64,000 nt of DNA, from NCBI GenBank assembly GCA_031373905.1, contig JANMNM010000078.1:25387-89386 (forward strand), written 5' to 3'. The stretch's first letter is position 1, and each line of letters opens with the position of its first letter. Below are positions 20,062 through 29,023 of the stretch, one piece after another. Made by a program: the position numbers and the translations under genes. Under the pieces are notes generated by a model. It ran no database searches. It saw only the letters and a list, made by a program, of their open reading frames with translations, and was not told where the DNA came from. This DNA comes from Gemmatimonadaceae bacterium (GTDB lineage Bacteria > Gemmatimonadota > Gemmatimonadetes > Gemmatimonadales > Gemmatimonadaceae).

Positions 20062-21981
20062 CTACGGCCGGACGCCTTCGTCCAAAGCCGCGCGCACGCT
20101 GGCCGTCAACTCGGTCCACGTCCACGGTTTCGGCAGGACAGGCACGCTCGGGTCGAGTGCGACGGTGTTGCTCGACATGCGATCCGTGTAGCCGCTGGTG
20201 AACAGGAACGGCATGCGGAATCCCTCGTCGCGCAGCGACGCGTACAGCTCGCGACCGCCCATACGCGGCATGACGACGTCACTCACCACCAACGCGATCT
20301 CAGCGCCGCGCTCCCGGAGCACGGTGAGCGCCTCCGCGCCATCGGATGCCTGTATCACGCGGTATCCGTGTTTCTCGAGGATCCGTCGGCCGGCCCGCCG
20401 GACCATCTCCTCGTCCTCAACCAGCAGGATCGTTTCGGTGGCACCCTCGCGAATCACCATCGTGGAGATCGGCGTCGCGCTCGGGACCGCGACCTCGGCG
20501 AGCGGCAGGCCGATCGTGACCTTCGTTCCAAGCCCTGGCGTGCTCTCGACACCGATCGTTCCCTCGTGCTGCTGCACGAGCCCATAGATCATCGCCATGC
20601 CGAGACCGGTCCCTTCACCGGGCGCCTTGGTCGTGAAGAAGGGTTCGAAGAGGCGTGCGAGCACGTCGTCCGACATGCCGCGGCCCGTGTCCTCGACGAT
20701 CGCCGTCACCATCGGCCCTGCGGTGCCGTCGGGACGCGCCATCGCAGGGTTGAACCCGGCCCGCATCGTCAGCACACCACCACTCGGCATCGCGTCCCGC
20801 GCGTTCGTCGCGAGGTTCAGCAACATGTGCTGCACCGCCCCCGGATCGGCGAGAATCCCGGGGAGCTCGGGTGCCGCTTCGGTGAGCACCGTGATGTTCG
20901 ACGGCAGCAACCGTGTGAGCAGTGCGGTGGTCTCCGCGAGCACTGCTTCGAGTGCCACCGGTCGCCGTTCGAGCGTTTCACGGCGGCTGAAGGCGAGCAG
21001 TTGCTTGACCATCGCGCGGCCCCGCGTCGCCGCCTGAATCATCTGCCTGACTTCGTCCCGCAGCTCGCCCGAGCCAGCCGGCAACGCGTCAAGCACGAGA
21101 TCCGCGTTCGCGAGAACGACGGTGAGGAGGTTGTTGAAATCGTGCGCCATGCCACCGGTGAGCAGGCCGATCGCTTCCATCTTCTGCGACTGGCGCAGCT
21201 GCGCTTCCATCTGCTGTGCCTCGGTGACATCGCGCAGAGTGATCAGATGTCGGCCTGGCATGACGTGCGCCGCCGCAGCGATGTCCAGGCTTCGCACCGA
21301 ATCCGTGCGTATCACACGTCCCTCGCCGCGCCAGTGGCCATCCAGCAGCAGCCGTTGCCAGGCCTCGCCCGCGGGGACCATGCGCGGTCCGACGGCGAAG
21401 AAGTGCGAAAACTCCAGCGATGCGGCTCCTGCTTCGTCGCGCCCGAGAAGGCGTCTCGCTGCAGGATTGCTCGCGACCAATCGCCCCCGCGCGTCGGCAA
21501 TCACCATGGCATCGAGGGAGGCCTCGAAGATGTTGCGGAAACTGGCGTCGTGATCTGGCGTCAGCGAGCCACCACCGGGCACAGACGATCGCGCTGAGAG
21601 ATGGATGACCGCGCCGCCGCCGGACGACTCGGCCAGCCCAGTCACGCGCAGCTCGCGGTCGCCGTGTGGCACGCTGTCGGTGGCGCATTCGAGCGTGAAC
21701 AGCTGTTGCGCACCGCTCAGCACTGACCGCACACCGGCGACCGCCGTGGCACGCAAGGGAGCGTCCGCTGACGCGTCCGGGGGGAGCAGGGCGCGAACCG
21801 CCTCGTCCAGCGGCGCGCCGGGTGCTACGCCAAGCGCGGCGCTGTTGTACGCCACGACGCTTCCCATGCGATCGAGAAGTGCGGCGGGTCCGGAGAGGGC
21901 ATCCAGCACCCCGCCCAGCAGTCCGGCAGGAGTCGTGTTCGCGGGCGTCGTCATCCCGACAAAGTAGTGGCCGACCCTCAT
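20062..21981 (-). CDS. Hybrid sensor histidine kinase / response regulator with PAS domains
   Basis: H-box [32 protein letters not shown], and a C-terminal receiver (ILLVEDEEMVRR...LVVSDVVMPRMGG). The start is uncertain (ATGs at 22035, 21981, 21954). The 22305 start is rejected because it overlaps the divergent HDOD gene. Confidence 0.85.
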   Translation of the reverse strand: MRVGHYFVGMTTPANTTPAGLLGGVLDALSGPAALLDRMGSVVAYNSAALGVAPGAPLDEAVRALLPPDASADAPLRATAVAGVRSVLSGAQQLFTLECATDSVPHGDRELRVTGLAESSGGGAVIHLSARSSVPGGGSLTPDHDASFRNIFEASLDAMVIADARGRLVASNPAARRLLGRDEAGAASLEFSHFFAVGPRMVPAGEAWQRLLLDGHWRGEGRVIRTDSVRSLDIAAAAHVMPGRHLITLRDVTEAQQMEAQLRQSQKMEAIGLLTGGMAHDFNNLLTVVLANADLVLDALPAGSGELRDEVRQMIQAATRGRAMVKQLLAFSRRETLERRPVALEAVLAETTALLTRLLPSNITVLTEAAPELPGILADPGAVQHMLLNLATNARDAMPSGGVLTMRAGFNPAMARPDGTAGPMVTAIVEDTGRGMSDDVLARLFEPFFTTKAPGEGTGLGMAMIYGLVQQHEGTIGVESTPGLGTKVTIGLPLAEVAVPSATPISTMVIREGATETILLVEDEEMVRRAGRRILEKHGYRVIQASDGAEALTVLRERGAEIALVVSDVVMPRMGGRELYASLRDEGFRMPFLFTSGYTDRMSSNTVALDPSVPVLPKPWTWTELTASVRAALDEGVRP

Positions 21982-22069
21982 CCCGCCGCCCGGATCAGCC
22001 GACACTGTTTTCAGAGGATGCCAGCGCGCGCTCATCTCTGGCTCAGAATCCCAACGCCGCCACACGCAC

Positions 22070-23176
22070 ATGTTCTCCAAGGTCTTCTCACGCCAGTCGG
22101 GAAAAACACCGGTGAAATCAGCGCCGGTGCGACCAGAGCCCGCGTCCGTTCCGTCCTCGGCGCAGACGGCTGCGGCCCCGGACGAAGCGAAGCCCGCCGC
22201 GAAGCCCGTCGCGAAGCCCGTCGCGCAGATTGGACCGCTGTTGACCGAATCCTCAATCCATGACGAGGTCGAGGCGGGCTCCGACGTGCGCCGTGCCGTT
22301 CTCACATCGATCGAAAGGCTCGAATCCAGTCTCGACCCAGCGGACAGACGGGGTGACGCCCTCGCGTTCTTCGAGCGAATCGCGAAGAGTGGTGAGAAAA
22401 GCGTGCGCCAGCCGCCGGCTGCGGCGCAGCGTGCTCTCGAGCTGCTGCGGCGCGACGTCCCGATTCCCGCACTGGTGAAGCTCGTTGAGCAGGATCCGGT
22501 GCTGGCGCAGTCACTGCTGAGTTATTCGAACTCTGCTGCCAACTCGACTGGCGCCAAGACGTCCTCGCTCGCCGAGAGCATTCGGCGCGTCGGCACGCAA
22601 GGACTGCGGAGCGTGATCCTGAGCAGCATGGTCGAAGGCACGCTGTGCCGCACGGGCAGCACGTACGACGGCATGGTCCGGAGCGTGTGGGAGCATATGG
22701 TGCGCACGGCCCCGATCGCGAGGACGCTTGCCCCGGGGTTTGGTGTCGTGCCGGACGAGGCGTTCACGCTCGCGCTGTTGCACGACGTCGGCAAGCTCGT
22801 GCTGTTCGATCGACTCGGCACCTTGCGCGCTGAACTGCGTCGCGAGGTGCAGATGCCGGCGCAGATCATGCCGCGCCTGTTGAGCGAGTTGCACGAGATC
22901 CTCGGCGGCGCTGCGGCGCTGCGCTGGGGGCTGGGTCGGGCTGCGGTGGGAATCATCTCGACGCACCACCGCCGCGGAGATCCACTCGCGCCGAATCTGC
23001 CAGCCGAGTGCGTGCACCTCGCCGAACGGCTGGACCTCGCGATGGTGCGAGGTGAGCAGGTCGATCTCGTCGCCTGGTTCGATCAGGGCAGGTTCCTGGC
23101 AAGCTTTGACGCCGTGGCGCCCCTCGTCGAGCGAGTCCTCGCACCGGATCCCGCCGCGACTGGCCAGGGAAGCTGA
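22070..23176 (+). CDS. HDOD domain signalling protein
   Basis: HDOD-like core (VKLVEQDPVLAQSLLSYSNS...IRRVGTQGLRSVILS...LLHDVGKLVLF), preceded by a low-complexity AKP-repeat N-terminus. Confidence 0.75.
   Translation: MFSKVFSRQSGKTPVKSAPVRPEPASVPSSAQTAAAPDEAKPAAKPVAKPVAQIGPLLTESSIHDEVEAGSDVRRAVLTSIERLESSLDPADRRGDALAFFERIAKSGEKSVRQPPAAAQRALELLRRDVPIPALVKLVEQDPVLAQSLLSYSNSAANSTGAKTSSLAESIRRVGTQGLRSVILSSMVEGTLCRTGSTYDGMVRSVWEHMVRTAPIARTLAPGFGVVPDEAFTLALLHDVGKLVLFDRLGTLRAELRREVQMPAQIMPRLLSELHEILGGAAALRWGLGRAAVGIISTHHRRGDPLAPNLPAECVHLAERLDLAMVRGEQVDLVAWFDQGRFLASFDAVAPLVERVLAPDPAATGQGS
22187..22222 (+). repeat. Three tandem copies of a 12-nt unit (GCGAAGCCCGYC) inside the HDOD gene
   Basis: Units at 22187-22198, 22199-22210 and 22211-22222, in frame, encoding AKPA-AKPV-AKPV. 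Confidence 0.8.
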
Positions 23177-23358
23177 GTCCAGACGGGGGGAGTTGAGCAG
23201 AAACGGATGGCGGGCGTAACTTTTTATTCGAGAATTTCGAACTAAAGCAATGCGACTTTGAAATTGTGCTTGTATGCGGTGACCGATAGGCTGCGTTTGT
23301 CTGCCGCAAGCAGCGGCCCAGGCATCCTTTTTCAGTCTGTCGTCCGGAGCCCATCCAC

Positions 23359-24801
23359 ATGCACGCTTCCCGTCGCGCCGCCACGCTGAGGACCCATGCA
23401 CATGTCGCCCCGATGGAGTCTGCGGCGTCTGTGCGGGGCTGCGCCCTTGAAGGTCCCGACGCGATTCCGGTCGCAACGCTGTTCGGCGATGAGGCGAGTG
23501 CGGGCGTGTTCTCGGCGGCGTCGGCACTCGCCGCGCGCATCGGCGCACCACTTGGCTGTCAGAGCATTCCCGCATCCCTCGCGCGCGTCGGTACGGTGGG
23601 CCGCATTGGTGTTCCAGCGACCGCGCTCGATGTGATGGTGCAGCAGCGCGTGGTGATTTCGTCGACGTTCGGTCGGGATCCGCTCGCCCCGGTGTCACGG
23701 TTGTTTCGCGGTTTGCAACGGCGAGCCGATGTGCTGGTGGACGTGCGGCGACGTGCCTCGCTCCCGCGCTCAGCCGCGTCCTCGGCGGGCATCGTGCGTG
23801 ATGTGACCCTGTTTTCGCACCGTACGATCGATCGCGTCCCGGTGCAGACGGCCCCAGCCGCCGAAGTGCTGGCGGAGCAATGGGCGCGGGCCCGACGTGC
23901 TGCGGAACTCGCATTCAGCATGGCGTCGTCGGAGCAGCGCCCGATCCTGCTCGTGGTGCCGGTTGGCCGCGGCACCCAGGCGCAGAAGTACTTCACTGAC
24001 GCGCTGGAGCGTGAGGCGCGGGTGCGTCGCGTGCCGAGGGTGAGGACGGTGAAGGCTGGACTGCTGTCTGCACTCTTGAGCGGCTCCGCCAGCGAGCGCT
24101 GGCTGATCGCGTCAGTGATGCCCATCGACGCGGTGAGCGCGATGGCGGACGAAGCGATGGGTGACACGGGTCCGTGGCCTGTCGTCAGCCATGCACCTGA
24201 CGCGACGTTCTACGACGTTCCCGTGGCCGCGTCGTCCGATCCACTTGCGCACCTGCTGGTGCTTGTGAGCCTCCTGCAGCACGGTGGGCGAGCGGAACCG
24301 GCGCAGTCTCTCGAGCGGTCCATGCTGCTGACTGACGCTGCGCGTGCACGGATGGAGGAAGAGCTGGGCTCACCGATCGCGGTCCCGGCTGACGCCTTCC
24401 TGCAAGGGGTTCTCGCCAACTGGGGCCGTCGTGCGACGAGTGTTGCGGCGCCGTCACCTCGAGTCGCGTTGGTGACAGGCGTTGAAGTCGCAGGGCTCCG
24501 GCTCAGGATCGAGTCGACGTTGTCGCCAGCCGGCTTGCGCGATGCCATGAGTCCGGCGTTGACGGCGGCTGGGCTTGAGGTCGCGTCACTGCGCGGCACG
24601 GTCGTGGATCCGGCGGAGGGCGGGCCGCGCTACGACGTGCGAGTGCGGGGCAGGCTGGGTGAGCCCGCCCTCAGTGATGGAGCAGCCGTTGGCCTGGTGC
24701 GTGCGATTGGTGGCCCGCTGCGATGTGTTGCCGTGGAACCATGGGTGCCGGCCCGGGCTTCGGGCGATCGCTCACGCTTCCGCGTCGCGCGCGCACGCTG
24801 A
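23359..24801 (+). CDS. Hypothetical protein; possibly a degenerate isocitrate/isopropylmalate-dehydrogenase-like fold with a C-terminal ACT-like domain
   Basis: Coding-like composition across 480 aa. There is loose by-eye resemblance to IDH/IPMDH blocks (ATLFGDEASAG; RPILLVVPVGRG; MPIDAVSAMADEAMGDTGPWPVVSH). No catalytic motifs identified. Confidence 0.45.
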   Translation: MHASRRAATLRTHAHVAPMESAASVRGCALEGPDAIPVATLFGDEASAGVFSAASALAARIGAPLGCQSIPASLARVGTVGRIGVPATALDVMVQQRVVISSTFGRDPLAPVSRLFRGLQRRADVLVDVRRRASLPRSAASSAGIVRDVTLFSHRTIDRVPVQTAPAAEVLAEQWARARRAAELAFSMASSEQRPILLVVPVGRGTQAQKYFTDALEREARVRRVPRVRTVKAGLLSALLSGSASERWLIASVMPIDAVSAMADEAMGDTGPWPVVSHAPDATFYDVPVAASSDPLAHLLVLVSLLQHGGRAEPAQSLERSMLLTDAARARMEEELGSPIAVPADAFLQGVLANWGRRATSVAAPSPRVALVTGVEVAGLRLRIESTLSPAGLRDAMSPALTAAGLEVASLRGTVVDPAEGGPRYDVRVRGRLGEPALSDGAAVGLVRAIGGPLRCVAVEPWVPARASGDRSRFRVARAR

Positions 24802-24804
24802 GGT

Positions 24805-25704
24805 TCAGCCGAACAGGCGGGTTCTCGCGGATCGGGCGATCGCTGTCACAGCGGGGTGCTCGAGGCGCCGCTCGGCGGAAATTGCGTAGAACTGCTGCGT
24901 GAGTTCCGGTATGCGGCCAACCACCTCGACGCCATGCTGCCGCATGACGTCGCGTTCGAGCACGCTCGGTGCGGCGAAAAGCCCGTGGCCATTCTGGCCG
25001 AAGACTTTCAGCAGGGCACTGTCCGCGTACTCGCCTTGCACCGAAGGGCGTATGTCCTGCTGCTGGAACCAGGTGTCGAGGGCACGTCGGTGTGTTGCGG
25101 TATGGAGCGGCAGGAGGAATGGCGCACCGTGCAGCGACACCGGAAAATCCGCGCGGTATACGGCTGCGAGTTCGGCGGTCCCGAAGATGGTTGTCGCACT
25201 CTCTCCCAGCAGATGGTTGAACGCGCGAATACTCGCTGCCGGCGTCACAGGTGCGTCGGTGATGAGCAGGTCGAGGGCGTGGACCGAGAGTGCCGCCACC
25301 AGTCGTTCCGGCGTGTCATCCGTGCACGTGAGTGCCACGCCGCCCGGAATCCGGAGGGCCGGCGCGATCAACTGGTACGCGATGATTTTCGGTACGACGT
25401 CGGCGATGCCGACCAGCAACCGGCGCGGCCGGTCACCGGGTTCGTCTGCCATCACGTGCGACAGTTCGTCGCCAAGCGAGAAAATATCGTCAGCGTATCG
25501 AAGCGCGGTCTGTCCCGCATCCGTGAGTTGCAATCGCCGCGAGGTGCGCGTGAAGAGCGGTTGCCCGAAGTGCTGCTCCAGCGACTTGATCTGGGTGCTG
25601 AGCGTTGGTTCCGTGAGACGGAGTTCTGCAGCCGCACGAGCGAGCGTTCCCGCGCGCGCAACCGCGCGGAACAGGTACAGGTGGTGGAAGTTCAGAGGTC
25701 CCAT
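24805..25704 (-). CDS. LysR family transcriptional regulator (NhaR-like N-terminus)
   Basis: HTH block FHHLYLFRAVARAGTLARAAAELRLTEPTLSTQIKSLEQHFGQPLFTR, followed by a substrate-binding domain. Confidence 0.9.
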   Translation of the reverse strand: MGPLNFHHLYLFRAVARAGTLARAAAELRLTEPTLSTQIKSLEQHFGQPLFTRTSRRLQLTDAGQTALRYADDIFSLGDELSHVMADEPGDRPRRLLVGIADVVPKIIAYQLIAPALRIPGGVALTCTDDTPERLVAALSVHALDLLITDAPVTPAASIRAFNHLLGESATTIFGTAELAAVYRADFPVSLHGAPFLLPLHTATHRRALDTWFQQQDIRPSVQGEYADSALLKVFGQNGHGLFAAPSVLERDVMRQHGVEVVGRIPELTQQFYAISAERRLEHPAVTAIARSARTRLFG

Positions 25705-25707
25705 GCG

Positions 25708-27123
25708 TCAGATGGGTGCGCGGGAAGCTGACTCGACATCGATACGGGTCAACGGTCCCTGAAAGAGTCGTGCAAGTCGCAGCAGGAGCACGGCCGCCAC
25801 GGCGCCGAGTCCGGCGACGAGCCCCCACCAGAGGCCGATGGGGCCGAGCCCCAGTCGAAATGCCAGGAACAGCCCAAGTGGCAGGCCGACCGCCCAGAAC
25901 CCGAGGATGTTGGCGATCATCGCGGCGCGAGTGTCCGCTGCACCGCGCAGCGCGCCACCCGCGACTGCCTGCAGGCCGTCGAACAGCTGGAACACGCCGG
26001 CCAGCGGGATCAGCGTCGCGGCGAGCGCCACCACTCCAGCCTCGGACACGTACGCACTCGCGAGCAGCTCAGGCATGCTGAGGAAGATGATGGACGTCAC
26101 ACTCGAGACGACCAGTCCCGCGGAGAGTGCCGCACTCGCCGCACGGCGGGCGGCGGGTGCGTCGTCGCGACCGATGGCCTGCCCGACGAGCACTGCGGCG
26201 GCTGCGCCGATACCGAGCGGCATCATGAACGTGAAACTCGCGAGGCTGATCGCCACATGATGTGCGGCGAGGGTGCTGGTTGCCTGCAGGCCCATGAGGA
26301 GTGCGACAGCGTTGAACACTCCGACTTCAAGCAGGAACTGCAGACCAACCGGAAACCCGAGTTGCAGCATGCGCAGCAGCGGCACCGGATCGAGGAGGCC
26401 GCGCTCACGATGGCGCAGCAGCGGCCAGAGCGACTCGCGCGCAAGCCAGAGCAGGATCAGCGGCATGGCGGTGCGCGCGAAGGCGCTTGCCATCGCGGAT
26501 CCATCCACGCCGAACGGCGGCAGGCCGAGGTTCCCGTGAATCAACAACCAGTTGCATGCGGCATTGAGCAGGTTCGCAAGGACCACTGAGAGGAGTATGG
26601 CACGGAGCTGCTCCTTTGCCTGCAGCGTCTGTCGCAACACGACGAAGATCAGGCTTCCGGGCAGGCCGAGCATCGAGATGTGCACGAGTCGCGTGGCCAT
26701 CGGGATGATCTCCGTCGGCTGCCGGAGGAATCGCAGGACGGGCTCGGTCGGCCAGAGCACGAGCGCCAGTGGCACGCAGAGCAGTGTCGCGAGCACGAGG
26801 GCGCGCTGCAACGCACGGCGCAGGCTGGATTCATCCCCTGCCCCCACGGCCTGACTCACCAGCGCGTCAAACCCGACGAGTGTGCCCATCCCGACGACGA
26901 TGACGGTGAACGAGTAGATCAACGCGAGGGAAAGCGCCGCCAGCGATGTCGCCCCCAGATGCCCCACGAACAGGGTGTCGACAACGTGCATTGCCATCAG
27001 CCCCATTTCGACTGCCATCACCGGCAGCGCGAGCTGCATCAGCGCGCGCATGTCGGCAACGGTCGGTCGCACAAGGATCGGAACGCCTCGTGGCGCGGTG
27101 CGGGAGGACACTTGCTGCGGCAT
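25708..27123 (-). CDS. MATE family efflux transporter
   Basis: About 12 hydrophobic segments. The N-terminal block LALPVMAVEMGLMAMHVVDTLFVGHLG is typical of MatE. Its stop is 3 nt upstream of the LysR start. Confidence 0.85.
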   Translation of the reverse strand: MPQQVSSRTAPRGVPILVRPTVADMRALMQLALPVMAVEMGLMAMHVVDTLFVGHLGATSLAALSLALIYSFTVIVVGMGTLVGFDALVSQAVGAGDESSLRRALQRALVLATLLCVPLALVLWPTEPVLRFLRQPTEIIPMATRLVHISMLGLPGSLIFVVLRQTLQAKEQLRAILLSVVLANLLNAACNWLLIHGNLGLPPFGVDGSAMASAFARTAMPLILLWLARESLWPLLRHRERGLLDPVPLLRMLQLGFPVGLQFLLEVGVFNAVALLMGLQATSTLAAHHVAISLASFTFMMPLGIGAAAAVLVGQAIGRDDAPAARRAASAALSAGLVVSSVTSIIFLSMPELLASAYVSEAGVVALAATLIPLAGVFQLFDGLQAVAGGALRGAADTRAAMIANILGFWAVGLPLGLFLAFRLGLGPIGLWWGLVAGLGAVAAVLLLRLARLFQGPLTRIDVESASRAPI

Positions 27124-27176
27124 CGTCGCTAAACTCTAATGCGTCACGCACGATCCTCCCCGTCACTCGATCATCG

Positions 27177-27950
27177 ATGCCACCACGGATCTCCCCGGAC
27201 AACGCAACGAGCCTGCGCGACCTGGTGACGGGTCCGGTGACCACGCGGCGGTGGTTGCTGCGCGCACTGGTCAGGCTGACGGGAGGTGGCCTGGGGGTGT
27301 TGCTGGTGATTGCCGCGGTGGTCGCGTACCTGTTGACGTTGCGCCCGGACATCGCGCGCGCCAGACAACTCGCGCGGAGTGAACTCCAGGTGCTGCTCGA
27401 GCCGGCAGAGCGCGTGCGAGCTGCCGCATGGGCGCGGCGTCGCGAGTGGTGGGATGGCTTCCGCGAGACGTATGGCATCCTCGCCCTCACCGATCGCCGC
27501 CTCGTGTTCGTCGGCATTCCGCCGCGCGAGCTGCTGACACCGGAGCGCGGCCCGCAGCAGTTTGTCTTTCTCCAGGTCGTCCGGGACGGCACGCTGCGCG
27601 TCCGGCGCACACGCGTGGATGCCGGGACTGCGCCTGGTGTGGCCGTCGCGAATGACCGCGATGCCTACAACTTCGCCTCGACCGATGCGGTGGGCGTGGA
27701 CAGCATCCTCGCCGATGTCTCGCGCGGTGTGCGGTCCGACGCCTCGACGGTGGAGCTGGTGCGGCGGACCCGGGAGTATGAGGGCGTCGTGTCACAGAAG
27801 GCCGTCTGGCATGTCGTGGCCGCCGGTGATGCGCTCGGTTCGATCGCCGCCCGGTATGGCACGTCGGAAGCCAGGCTGACGGAATGGAACCGGCTGACCG
27901 GCACGACCATCCGCATCGGACAGCGCTTGCTGGTGAAACCCGGGCGCTGA
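27177..27950 (+). CDS. Membrane-anchored LysM domain protein
   Basis: TM helix (GGGLGVLLVIAAVVAYLL) and a C-terminal LysM (HVVAAGDALGSIAARYGTSEARLTEWNRLTGTTIRIGQRLLV). Internal ATG of ORF 26946..27950, divergent from the MATE gene. Confidence 0.8.
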   Translation: MPPRISPDNATSLRDLVTGPVTTRRWLLRALVRLTGGGLGVLLVIAAVVAYLLTLRPDIARARQLARSELQVLLEPAERVRAAAWARRREWWDGFRETYGILALTDRRLVFVGIPPRELLTPERGPQQFVFLQVVRDGTLRVRRTRVDAGTAPGVAVANDRDAYNFASTDAVGVDSILADVSRGVRSDASTVELVRRTREYEGVVSQKAVWHVVAAGDALGSIAARYGTSEARLTEWNRLTGTTIRIGQRLLVKPGR

Positions 27951-28030
27951 GGCCGTCCGCGAGCCCCGGTGCCCGCTATCTTCCGGATTCGACACGCCGG
28001 GCCCGTTGTCCGGCGGACACCCAGGAGATA

Positions 28031-29023
28031 ATGCAGCATTCATGGATGTGGGCCGCATTCGCCATTGTCGTTTCGGCAATGCTTGCGCTCGACCTCGGCG
28101 TTTTTCACAAGAAGGCGCATACCGTACGTCCCCGTGAAGCCGCCATCTGGAGCCTCGTGTGGTTCGTGCTTGCCTGCGGCTTCGCGCTCACCCTCTGGCA
28201 ACTCGACGGGCACCAGACCGCAATAGAGTTCGCGACCGGGTACATCGTCGAGCTCGCGCTGAGCGTTGACAACCTCTTCGTCTTCCTGTTGCTCTTCGGC
28301 TACTTCGCGGTCCCCGAAGCGCTGCAACACCGAGTGCTCTTCTGGGGCATCATCGGTGCGCTGGTGATGCGAGCCATGATGATTGGCGCGGGCGCGGTGC
28401 TGCTCGACCGCTTCCACTGGATCATCTACGTCTTCGGCGCATTTCTCGTCTTCACCGGCATCCGGATGCTGCTGCAGAAGGAGAGCGAGATGGAACCGGA
28501 GCGCAATCCGGTGCTCAAGCTGATGCGGCGACTGGTCCCGGTCAGCGATCACTTTGAAGGCGATCGCTTCTTTGCGCGCGCGCCATGGGGGCCCGACGGG
28601 ATCGTTCAACGGGTGGCGACGCCGCTATTCGTGGTGCTGGTGCTGGTGGAGACCACGGACCTGGTTTTCGCGGTGGACTCGATCCCAGCGGTGTTCGGCG
28701 TGACGCGTGACCCCTTCGTCGTGTATACGTCGAACGTGTTCGCCATTCTCGGCCTGCGATCGATGTACTTCCTGCTCGCGGCGGTGGTGCATCGCTTCTG
28801 GCTGCTCAAGCCGGCGCTGTCGCTGGTGCTGCTCTTCGTCGGTGCCAAGATGCTGGCCAGCGCGTACTATCACCTTCCGACCTGGGTGTCGCTGGTCGTG
28901 ATCGTGGGTGTGCTTGGCGGCGCGGTGGGGCTTTCGCTGGCGTTTCCGCGTCCGGCACCGCTTCCGGATGCGCTCCCTCCAGGGGCCGGGGCACGTCAGC
29001 CGGCACCCACGACGACGTCGTGA
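28031..29023 (+). CDS. TerC family integral membrane protein
   Basis: Motifs ELALSVDNLFVFLLLF and LVFAVDSIPAVFGVTRDPFVVYTSNVFAILGLRSMYF. Confidence 0.85.
   Translation: MQHSWMWAAFAIVVSAMLALDLGVFHKKAHTVRPREAAIWSLVWFVLACGFALTLWQLDGHQTAIEFATGYIVELALSVDNLFVFLLLFGYFAVPEALQHRVLFWGIIGALVMRAMMIGAGAVLLDRFHWIIYVFGAFLVFTGIRMLLQKESEMEPERNPVLKLMRRLVPVSDHFEGDRFFARAPWGPDGIVQRVATPLFVVLVLVETTDLVFAVDSIPAVFGVTRDPFVVYTSNVFAILGLRSMYFLLAAVVHRFWLLKPALSLVLLFVGAKMLASAYYHLPTWVSLVVIVGVLGGAVGLSLAFPRPAPLPDALPPGAGARQPAPTTTS

Noticed and set aside
19864-21597. 577-aa plus-strand ORF antisense to the hybrid kinase. Also 22511..23914 antisense to the HDOD gene and the 480-aa gene.
   Set aside because: These are Arg/His-rich shadow ORFs that overlap well-supported genes.
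21982-22305. Upstream extension of the hybrid kinase ORF to 22305
   Set aside because: It would overlap the divergently transcribed HDOD gene by more than 200 nt. The extension mirrors the AKP-repeat region on the other strand (GFATGFAAGFA).
27951-28030. Possible yybP-ykoY (Mn2+) riboswitch upstream of the TerC-family gene
   Set aside because: The leader is only about 80 nt long, and I could not find the conserved GGGGAGUAG / UUGACA-type core elements.
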